Origin: Thermoplasmata archaeon
GTDB lineage: Archaea > Thermoplasmatota > SW-10-69-26 > JACQPN01 > JAJPHT01
DNA length: 64,000 nucleotides
Reading direction: 5' to 3'
Assembly (NCBI GenBank): GCA_034667685.1
Contig: JAXDQU010000106.1
Span: 11,610-75,609 of the forward strand
Positions 16,549-23,937 of this stretch are shown here, piece by piece. The position numbers were made by a program, and so were the translations under genes. Below the pieces are notes generated by a model, which searched no databases, was not told the DNA's origin, and saw only the letters and a program-made list of their open reading frames with translations. How positions within the stretch are numbered: the first letter of the stretch is position 1; every line of letters begins with the position of its first letter.

Positions 16549-17844
16549 ATGAAGCGCGGCCTGCGCGAGTGGCTCCTGCTGGGCGGGACGTTCCTCCTCG
16601 TCCTCGCCATCCTCGCCGCGTTCGGCTTCACCGGGCCCGGCGTCCACAAGCTGCGCGCGACTTACCTCGCCACCGTCCTCTTCACCATCGCCATCTACGC
16701 GCTCCTCGCGCTGGGCCTCTCCGTCGAGATGGGGTACGCGGGCCTCCTGAACTTCGGCCACGTCGCGTTCATGGGCATCGGCGCCTACGGCCTCGCCGTC
16801 TTCGTCCACAAGAACGCCGCCGCGATGAAGCCCGCGCTCACCGGCTCCCAGCCCTGGGGCCTCGCGCTGGTCGCGCTCATGGCGCTCGCGCTGGGCTTCC
16901 TCGTCTACGTGCTCGCGCTGCTCCTCGCGCAGCGCGTCAAGCCCCTCGCGCGCCTCGCCGCCTGGATCGCCGCGGGCCTGGGCGCGCTCGCCGCGCTGGG
17001 CGCCGCGTACGCGATGTTCCCGCTCGGCGACGTGGGCGCCGCCAACGCGCTCGTCTTCCTGGGCGTGCTCGTGGGCGTCGTGGGCGCCGCGCTCGCCGGC
17101 CTGCTGATGGGCTTCGCGGGCCTGCGCCTGCGCGAGGACTACCTCGCCATCGCGACGCTGGGCTTCGCGCAGGTCGTCTTCCTGGTCGCGCTCAACGAGG
17201 AGCCGCTCACCGGCGGATCGCTGGGCATCCAGGCCATCCACAACCCCGTCATCGACGCGGTCCGCAGCAGCCCGTGGCTCCAGGCGCTCGCCGAGCGCAT
17301 CGACAGCGCCTCGCCCATCCCGCTCGCCAACGCGCTGGGCAACGCCCTCTTCAGCCTCCTCCTCGTCGCCGTCTGCTTCGCGCTCCTGGAGACGCTGGCG
17401 CGCTCGCCCTGGGGGCGCGTGCTCAAGGCCATCCGCGAGGACGAGGAGGTCGCCGCCAGCCTGGGCAAGAACGTCCTGCTCTACAAGCTCCAGGCGCTCA
17501 TGATCGGCAGCGCGCTCGCCGCCGCGGCGGGCATCCTGTTCATCTGGAACGCGGGCGCCGTCGTCCCCGAGGACTTCCTCGCGCTCGTCACGTTCTACAC
17601 CTTCGCCATCCTCGTCCTGGGCGGCGTGGGCAACCACAAGGGGGCGCTCATCGGCGCGCTCGTCATCTGGGGCATCTTCGAGCTGGCCAGCAACGTCTCC
17701 AGCCTCGACTTCTTCAAGCAGCACGGCATCCAGTTCGCGGGCCCGCCCCAATCCATGTTCGTGGGCCTCGTGCTGATCCTCGTCGTGATGCTCCGCCCGC
17801 AAGGCGTGGTCGGCAAGAAGGAGGAGATGTCGCTTGGCAAGTGA
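16549..17844 (+). CDS. livM: branched-chain amino-acid ABC transporter permease
   Basis: LivM-type permease. ATG immediately after the livH TAG stop. Confidence 0.85.
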   Translation: MKRGLREWLLLGGTFLLVLAILAAFGFTGPGVHKLRATYLATVLFTIAIYALLALGLSVEMGYAGLLNFGHVAFMGIGAYGLAVFVHKNAAAMKPALTGSQPWGLALVALMALALGFLVYVLALLLAQRVKPLARLAAWIAAGLGALAALGAAYAMFPLGDVGAANALVFLGVLVGVVGAALAGLLMGFAGLRLREDYLAIATLGFAQVVFLVALNEEPLTGGSLGIQAIHNPVIDAVRSSPWLQALAERIDSASPIPLANALGNALFSLLLVAVCFALLETLARSPWGRVLKAIREDEEVAASLGKNVLLYKLQALMIGSALAAAAGILFIWNAGAVVPEDFLALVTFYTFAILVLGGVGNHKGALIGALVIWGIFELASNVSSLDFFKQHGIQFAGPPQSMFVGLVLILVVMLRPQGVVGKKEEMSLGK

Positions 17845-18616
17845 GCCTGATATCATCCTGGAGACGGTGGACCTCGCGAGGCGCTTCGGGGGCCTCCAGG
17901 CCGTCGACGGCGTGAGCCTCCGGGTCCGGCGCGGCACGCTCACCGCGATCATCGGCCCCAATGGCGCGGGCAAGACGACGTTCTTCAACCTGCTCGCGGG
18001 CAGCCTCCGCCCCCACGCCGGCCGCGTCCTCTTCGAGGGCGTTGATATCACGCGTCTCCCCCCGCACGCGCGCGCCCGGCGCGGCATCGCGCGCACCTTC
18101 CAGCTCACCCGCGCCCTCTCGCGCATGAGCGTCCGCGAGAACCTCATGCTCGCCCCCGACGCCCAGGCCGGCGAGCACGCCTGGGGCCCGCTCTTCGCGG
18201 GACCGCTCGTGGCGCAGCAGGAGCGCGCGCTGCGCGAGAAGGCCGACGCCATGCTCGACCTCTTCGCCCTCACGCGCGTCGCCGACGACTACGCGGGCTC
18301 GCTCTCCGGCGGCCAGAAGAAGCTCCTGGAGCTGGCGCGCGCCCTCATGCGCGACCCGCGCCTCGTGCTCATGGACGAGCCCATGGCCGGCGTCAACCCC
18401 ACGCTCGCCCGCAAGCTGCTCGACCGCGTGGAAGAACTGCGCCGCGACCGCGGCATCACCTTCGTCCTCGTCGAGCACAACCTCGAGGCCGTCTTCGAGC
18501 GCTGCGATCCCATCATGGTGATGGCGGCCGGCAGGAAGCTCGTGGAGGGTGACGCGGCGACCGTGCGCGCGCATCCGCAGGTCATCGAGGCGTATCTCGG
18601 CGGTGAAGCCGCTTGA
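17834..18616 (+). CDS. livG: branched-chain amino-acid ABC transporter ATP-binding protein
   Basis: Walker A GPNGAGKTT, signature LSGGQKK, Walker B LVLMDEP. TTG start overlapping the livM 3' end. Confidence 0.85.
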   Translation: MASEPDIILETVDLARRFGGLQAVDGVSLRVRRGTLTAIIGPNGAGKTTFFNLLAGSLRPHAGRVLFEGVDITRLPPHARARRGIARTFQLTRALSRMSVRENLMLAPDAQAGEHAWGPLFAGPLVAQQERALREKADAMLDLFALTRVADDYAGSLSGGQKKLLELARALMRDPRLVLMDEPMAGVNPTLARKLLDRVEELRRDRGITFVLVEHNLEAVFERCDPIMVMAAGRKLVEGDAATVRAHPQVIEAYLGGEAA

Positions 18617-18638
18617 CGCTCGGCCCGCTCTCTTCCAG

Positions 18639-18706
18639 CCACAGAGGACACGGAGGTCACAGAGGCGACTCTTCTCGTCCCTCTGTGACCTCCGTGTCCT
18701 CTGTGG
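18639..18706 (+). repeat. perfect 27-bp inverted repeat (hairpin) between livG and livF
   Basis: CCACAGAGGACACGGAGGTCACAGAGG, 14-nt loop, CCTCTGTGACCTCCGTGTCCTCTGTGG. No T-tract follows. Confidence 0.9.
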
Positions 18707-18730
18707 ATGGCGTGAAGCAGGGGGCCGCGC

Positions 18731-19453
18731 ATGCCTGACCCGGTGCTATCAGCCGAGGGCATCGTCGCGGGCTACGGCGAGTTGAACATCCTCCAGGGCG
18801 CCAGCGTCGAGGTGTACGAGGGCGAGCTGGTCTGCATCCTCGGACCCAACGGCGCCGGCAAGAGCACCATGCTCAAGGCCATCGCGGGGCTGCTGAAGCC
18901 GCGCGGCGGCACGGTCGCGCTCCTGGGCAAGGAGATCACCGGCCACGCGCCCGACAAGCTCGTGGGCGAAGGGCTCGCCTACGTCCCGCAGGTCGCCAAC
19001 GTCTTCCCCACCATGACCGTCGACGAGAACCTCGACATGGGCGCCTACCTCCTCCCGCCCGCCGAGATCCCCGAAGCCAAGCGCCGCGTCCACGAGCTTT
19101 TCCCGGTGCTGCGCGAGCGCGCCGCCGAGCGGGTGGGCCGCATGAGCGGGGGCCAGCGCCAGATGGTCGCCATCGGCCGCGCGCTCATGACGGAGCCCGC
19201 CGTGCTGCTCCTCGACGAGCCCAGCGCCGGCCTCGCGCCCAACCTCCAGGACCTCGTCTTCGCCCAGGCCCGCGCCATCGCCGACGCCGGCACGCCGATC
19301 CTGCTCGTCGAGCAGAACGCCAAGAAGGCGCTGCTCAAGAGCGACCGCGGCTACGTGCTCGACCAGGGCAAGAACGCCTACACTGGGACCGGCGCCGAGT
19401 TGCTGCACGATCCGAACGTCGGGAAGCTGTACCTGGGCGACCGGCCGACGTGA
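18731..19453 (+). CDS. livF: branched-chain amino-acid ABC transporter ATP-binding protein
   Basis: Walker A GPNGAGKST, MSGGQRQ, LLLDEP. Confidence 0.85.
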   Translation: MPDPVLSAEGIVAGYGELNILQGASVEVYEGELVCILGPNGAGKSTMLKAIAGLLKPRGGTVALLGKEITGHAPDKLVGEGLAYVPQVANVFPTMTVDENLDMGAYLLPPAEIPEAKRRVHELFPVLRERAAERVGRMSGGQRQMVAIGRALMTEPAVLLLDEPSAGLAPNLQDLVFAQARAIADAGTPILLVEQNAKKALLKSDRGYVLDQGKNAYTGTGAELLHDPNVGKLYLGDRPT

Positions 19454-19552
19454 GCGGGCGCACGCGCGGCATCACTCCTTGGCTGCCGGCTCTCCGACTC
19501 CAGCCACAGAGGACCAACCGCGAAACGCCCCGCCGTCGTGGAGGGGAGCCGC

Positions 19553-20164
19553 TCAGAACCCGAGGTTCGCGGTCGGCTTGTCGCGCGCCTCGCGGGCGTA
19601 CTGCACGAGGGCGCCTTCGACGACGCGCGTGAGGAAGCAGTTGCTCTCCGGCACGTTCTCGAAGGTCACGTCGGACTTGAGGCGGTCGATGGCCGCGATG
19701 GCGCCCGCGTAGTCCCAGACGGCCTCCTCGCTCAGGTCCGGCCGGAACACGCACGGCATGCCGACGAGCGCGAGGCCGTCCACGAGGTCGCCCGAGTAGA
19801 TCGGGTAGGCCGGGTGGTGGAAGTGCAGGATCGTCGTGAGCTGCGGGAGCGTCAGGCCCTCGGTGCCCGCGAGCGCGAGGAGCGGCTCCACGTCGGGATA
19901 ACGGATCGTCCGCATGATGCGCGCGATCTTGTCCTCGACGTCCTTCTTGCCCAGCGCGGGGACCTTGCCCTGCTGGCGGAACTCGAGCAGGTGGTTGTTG
20001 AAGTCGCCGTGCGCGGGCGGGTGGAGCGCGTAGATGAGCTTCTCGTAGGCGTCCGCCTCGCGCGCCTGGTTGGCCCAGAAGAGCGGCTTGAGGCTCGCGA
20101 GGAACGTGGGCTCGGCGAGATAGCGTTTCGGCGCGAGGCCGCGGGCGCCTCCCGTGACCTGCAT
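19553..20164 (-). CDS. hypothetical protein co-transcribed with the diiron oxygenase-like gene
   Basis: 203-aa ORF. ATG lies 3 nt after the TAG of the upstream gene. No confident family (HFHHPAYPIYSGDLVDG block). Confidence 0.4.
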   Translation of the reverse strand: MQVTGGARGLAPKRYLAEPTFLASLKPLFWANQAREADAYEKLIYALHPPAHGDFNNHLLEFRQQGKVPALGKKDVEDKIARIMRTIRYPDVEPLLALAGTEGLTLPQLTTILHFHHPAYPIYSGDLVDGLALVGMPCVFRPDLSEEAVWDYAGAIAAIDRLKSDVTFENVPESNCFLTRVVEGALVQYAREARDKPTANLGF

Positions 20165-20167
20165 GGC

Positions 20168-21280
20168 CTACTTCCCCTTGGGCGCGATCCAGTCGTTCGT
20201 CTTGAAGACCTCGGCCAGGCGCGCCTCGTCCTGCGCGCTGGGCAGCACGCTGGCAAGGTAGTCGGCGTAGGCCGCGTCGGTGCCGTGGAAGGGCTGGCCG
20301 TCCACGGAGAACTTCTGGCCCTCGTACTGGCCGATCTTGCGGTTGAACTTCAGCGAAGGCGCGACGAGGTGGGGCTCGCCGGGCTTGACGACGGTGTTGA
20401 GCTGGTCGACGAGCTCCACGCACTCGTTGTAGTAGATCGTGCGGTTGTAGTCGTTGAGCGTGCGCTTGTCGACCGGGTCCTCGGTCTCCAGCTCGTTGAA
20501 GCGGCACTTGATGCCCCAGACGTAGGCCCAGTGGGCGGTGCTGCTGGCGTCCTTGCCGAAGAGGTCGTAGGCGGTGGGGACCCAGTGGTTGAAGTACTTC
20601 TGGAGCAGCGTCGTGGGGATCTTGCCCGCCTGGACGACGCGGCGCAGGCCCGTGTGGCCCGTGCCGAGGTGGAACGCCTCCTCCTTGAGCATCGGTCCCA
20701 TGCTGCGCGCGAGCGGCGAGAAGGCGCTGCGGCTGAGCATCTTGAGCTGGTACTTGCCGTCGCGGTCGACGAACTCGGTGAAGACGAAGAAGTCGAGCCA
20801 GTGGCGCACGGGCTCGTTGAACGAGCCGAGCAGGCGCTGGTTGTCCCAGCTGCGGCGCTCCAGGAGCTTCGCGGCCTCGGTCTTGCCCGTCTCGCCGAAG
20901 TGGTTCACGAGCAGCGTCGCCATCTGCCAGCCGTGGCGCATCTCCTCCGAGTTGACGCGCACGAGGCTCTTCAGGTCGTAGTCGCTGGGCGCGGTGTTGA
21001 CGAGCGCGCGCTGCTGCTCGACGCTGGCGAACTCGGTGTCGCCCTGGTAGACGATCAGCGAGAGGAGCGCGTCCTTGACCTGCTGGTTGGGGATCTGCGC
21101 GAAGGTCTGCCACTTGGGGCGGCCCTTGTAGTCGCCGAACTCGATGACGGGCGAGTCCTCCTCCGCGAACTTCGATTCGAACTGGAAGTCGCCCAGCAGC
21201 GTGGTGTCGTAGCCGATGTCCTTCTGCCACTGGTGGAAGAGGTCGACCCAGTCGTCGAACGTGGACACGGACTTCGCCAT
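20168..21280 (-). CDS. ferritin-like diiron-carboxylate oxygenase (PaaA/BoxB-like)
   Basis: Two E-E-x-x-H motifs ~100 aa apart (SEEMRHGWQ and KEEAFHLGTGH), as in PaaA/BoxB-type diiron oxygenases. Start at MAKSVSTF. Confidence 0.5.
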   Translation of the reverse strand: MAKSVSTFDDWVDLFHQWQKDIGYDTTLLGDFQFESKFAEEDSPVIEFGDYKGRPKWQTFAQIPNQQVKDALLSLIVYQGDTEFASVEQQRALVNTAPSDYDLKSLVRVNSEEMRHGWQMATLLVNHFGETGKTEAAKLLERRSWDNQRLLGSFNEPVRHWLDFFVFTEFVDRDGKYQLKMLSRSAFSPLARSMGPMLKEEAFHLGTGHTGLRRVVQAGKIPTTLLQKYFNHWVPTAYDLFGKDASSTAHWAYVWGIKCRFNELETEDPVDKRTLNDYNRTIYYNECVELVDQLNTVVKPGEPHLVAPSLKFNRKIGQYEGQKFSVDGQPFHGTDAAYADYLASVLPSAQDEARLAEVFKTNDWIAPKGK

Positions 21281-21457
21281 GAGAATCCCTTGCGCCGCGA
21301 TTCCTTGGCCGAGGCTATAGGGGTTGCGGCCGCCCGGCCCGGAGTGTGTTGGTGGCAACACATTCATGGTCTGGCGTCTCGTGCGCACGAACGCTGCGCG
21401 GCCGCTCCCGAGGCGCCCGTGGGACCAGCCCGCCGCAGGCGCCGGACGCGAGAACCC

Positions 21458-21685
21458 ATGCCATCCCGCACGCTGAACGTCACGCAGGAAGCCTACGACC
21501 TGTTATCAGCCCTGAAGGGCCCGAACGAGAGCTTCACCGACGTCATCAAGCGCCTCGCGGGCGAGCGCTCGCTCCTCGACGTCGTGGGCGCGCTGGACGA
21601 GGCGCAGGCCGCGAAGCTGGAGGCGCGCGTGGAGTCGGCCCGCGAGCGCGCGCGAAAGCGGCGGCAGAAGCAGCTGAGGGTGTGA
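21458..21685 (+). CDS. vapB: VapB-type antitoxin (archaeal SFTDVIKRL family)
   Basis: 75-aa product (MPSRTLNVTQEAYDLLSALKGPNESFTDVIKRL...), 4 nt upstream of a PIN-domain gene. Confidence 0.55.
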   Translation: MPSRTLNVTQEAYDLLSALKGPNESFTDVIKRLAGERSLLDVVGALDEAQAAKLEARVESARERARKRRQKQLRV

Positions 21686-21689
21686 GACG

Positions 21690-22085
21690 ATGGCGCTGGC
21701 CGACACGCTCTTCCTGCTGGATCTCATGCGCGGGCGCGAGCGCGCCGTCGCGATGCTCGAGGCGCTGGAGGACGAGGGCGAGGCCATCCTGCTCGCGGCG
21801 CCCACGCTCGCCGAGTTCCACCGCGGCCTGGGCACGCTGGCGCTTCCCGCCGCGCAGCAGCGGCGGCTCGTCGAGGCGGTCCACGGCCGCGTCGTCCTGC
21901 CGCTGGACGCGGCGGCGGCGCGGCGCGCGGGCGAGGTGGACGCGCAGCTCTGGGCGCGCGGCGAGGCGATCGACCCCGAGGACGCGGCGCTGGCCGGCAT
22001 CGCGCTGACGCGGGACCAGGTGCTCGTGACGCGCAAGGCGCGCGAGCTGGGCCGCGTCCCGGGGCTGAGGCTGCGGACCTACTAG
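21690..22085 (+). CDS. vapC: PIN-domain ribonuclease toxin VapC
   Basis: 131 aa. Acidic residues positioned as in PIN domains (D5, E, D). Operon partner of the preceding antitoxin. Confidence 0.6.
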   Translation: MALADTLFLLDLMRGRERAVAMLEALEDEGEAILLAAPTLAEFHRGLGTLALPAAQQRRLVEAVHGRVVLPLDAAAARRAGEVDAQLWARGEAIDPEDAALAGIALTRDQVLVTRKARELGRVPGLRLRTY

Positions 22086-22129
22086 CTTCCGGCCACAAGC
22101 GGCATGGCGCCTCGCGCCGACCGCGCCGC

Positions 22130-23098
22130 GTGCCGCGCGTCCGCCCGTTGGACCTGCTCAAGCGCGCCCTGAAGGAGTGGGGCGAGGACAAGGCGCCCAA
22201 GCAGGCGGCCGCGCTCGCCTACTACAGCGTGTTCGCCCTGGGGCCCTTGCTGCTCGTGTGCGTGCTCGTCGCCGCGCTGGCGGTGGGCCGGGAGGCCGCG
22301 CAGCAGGCGATCCTCGCGCCCTTCGCCCGCCTCACGGGGGACGCGGGCGCGCAGGCGGCGGGCGACATCCTGCACGGCGCCGGTCCGCGCGGGTCGAGCC
22401 TCGTGGGCATCGCGACGGGGGCGGTCGCGCTCGTGCTGGGCGCGATGGGCGTCTTCACGCAGCTCAAGGAGGCCTTGAACACCGTCTTCGAGGTCGCGCG
22501 CAAGCCGCGACGCGGGCTGCGCGCCAAGATCCGCGGCGCCGTGCGCGACGACGCGCTCTCGTTCGCGGGCGTGATGACGGGCGCCTTCCTGCTCGCGGTG
22601 ACGCTCGTGGTCTCCGCCGGCATCGCGGCCCTCGCCGGGTGGATCGACGCGCTCCTGCCCGGAGGCGCCGCGCTGGGGATCGCGCTGGAGGCCGTGCTCG
22701 CGCTCATCGTGCTCACGCTGCTCTTCGCGGCGCTCTTCAAGCTCGTCCCCGACGTGAGGATCGCCTGGCGCGACTCCTTCGTGGGCGGCGCCGCGACCGC
22801 CATCCTCTTCGTCGCGGGCCAGGCGCTCATCGGCGTCTACCTGGGCCGGAGCGGCTTCGCGGCGCGCTACGGGGGCGCCGGCGCCGCGCTGCTGATCCTG
22901 CTCTGGATCTACTACTCCTCGCTCATCCTCGTCTTCGGCGCGGAGCTCACCCAGGTGTACGCGAACCTCTACGGCCGGCGCGTCAAGCCCGCGCCCAACG
23001 CCCGCTCGCTCCAGGAGCAGGTGCTCGACGAGCACCGCGGGCCGGATCGCGAAGGCACCGAGGGACGGCCGGTGAGCCGCAGGCGCCCCGCTACTTGA
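22130..23098 (+). CDS. YihY/BrkB (RNase BN-like) family membrane protein
   Basis: GTG start. Signature AALAYYSVFALGPLLLV and six TM segments. Confidence 0.7.
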   Translation: MPRVRPLDLLKRALKEWGEDKAPKQAAALAYYSVFALGPLLLVCVLVAALAVGREAAQQAILAPFARLTGDAGAQAAGDILHGAGPRGSSLVGIATGAVALVLGAMGVFTQLKEALNTVFEVARKPRRGLRAKIRGAVRDDALSFAGVMTGAFLLAVTLVVSAGIAALAGWIDALLPGGAALGIALEAVLALIVLTLLFAALFKLVPDVRIAWRDSFVGGAATAILFVAGQALIGVYLGRSGFAARYGGAGAALLILLWIYYSSLILVFGAELTQVYANLYGRRVKPAPNARSLQEQVLDEHRGPDREGTEGRPVSRRRPAT

Positions 23099-23669
23099 TC
23101 AGCGCCTGCACGGCCTTGAACTGCGGATGCTCCTTGCCGCCCATGAGCTCGAAGAGCGCCATCTCGACGTTGCTCGGCTCCGCGCCGTGGCGGCGGGCGC
23201 GCGCGAGGCCGCTCTCGCGGTTGGCCGGGTCGCGCGACCCTACGGCGTCCTCGACCACGTGGACGGCGTAGCCCGCTTCGAGAAGGTCGAGCGTCGTCTG
23301 GAGGACGCAGATGTGCGCCTCGATGCCCGCGACGAGGACGTTGGGCCTCCCCGCGGCGCGGATGCGCGCCGCGATGCTCGGGTCGCCCGCGCACGAGAAG
23401 CTCGTCTTCTCCAGCACGCCGCCGGCCGCGTCCACCGCCGCGCGAAGCTCGGGGATCGTGTGGCCCAACCCCTTCGGGTACTGCTCGGTGACCATGACCG
23501 GCACGCCCAGGAGACGCGCCCCCTCCGCGAGCGCGGCCGCCTTCTGACGCAGCGCCGCGTCGCCGTGGATCAGCGGCTGAAGGCGCTCCTGCATGTCGAC
23601 GAGAAGCAGCAGCGTGTCGTCCGGATGGAGGCGGGACATGGGTGCGGCAGGTCGTCCGCGCGGCATCAT
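23091..23669 (-). CDS. isochorismatase-family cysteine hydrolase
   Basis: LLLVDMQ, HICVLQT (Cys nucleophile), VVEDAVGSRD. Start at MM (23669) or MSRLH (23639). Confidence 0.7.
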   Translation of the reverse strand: MMPRGRPAAPMSRLHPDDTLLLLVDMQERLQPLIHGDAALRQKAAALAEGARLLGVPVMVTEQYPKGLGHTIPELRAAVDAAGGVLEKTSFSCAGDPSIAARIRAAGRPNVLVAGIEAHICVLQTTLDLLEAGYAVHVVEDAVGSRDPANRESGLARARRHGAEPSNVEMALFELMGGKEHPQFKAVQALIK

Positions 23670-23698
23670 GGTTTGTCCTCGCGGCTCGGCCGGCTCCG

Positions 23699-23892
23699 CA
23701 TGCGACGCGGCGACGGACGCGACGCGCGCGACGGCGGGCTTCGGTCGTCCATGCTGACCTCGGTGTGAACCCGACGGCCCGATGACCAGACTTTCACCCC
23801 GGGTTCTCGGGTTCGCGGGTCCTCGGGTTCCGCCAAGGTCACCAGCCCCGCGTCGCGCGCGTCGCGCCCGTCGCCGCGTCGCATGCGCAGCT
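23699..23892. mobile_element. MITE-like element, copy 2 (intact ~33-bp terminal inverted repeats)
   Basis: Left end GCATGCGACGCGGCGACGGACGCGACGCGCGCGA. Right end is its near-perfect reverse complement (...CGCGCGCGTCGCGCCCGTCGCCGCGTCGCATGC). Internal CGGGTTCTCGGGT motifs are shared with copy 1. Lies in the divergent intergenic region between the isochorismatase gene and speA. Confidence 0.45.
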
Positions 23893-23937
23893 GCGAAGCG
23901 TCGGCGCGGACCCGCCCCGACGAACAGCTTAAGGGAC

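Noticed and set aside
19538-21685. 715-aa plus-strand ORF spanning the diiron-oxygenase region
   Set aside because: It is antisense to two well-supported minus-strand genes and has Arg/Glu/Leu-rich low-complexity translation. Only its last 75 codons (21458..21685) correspond to a real gene (vapB-like antitoxin) with its own ATG.
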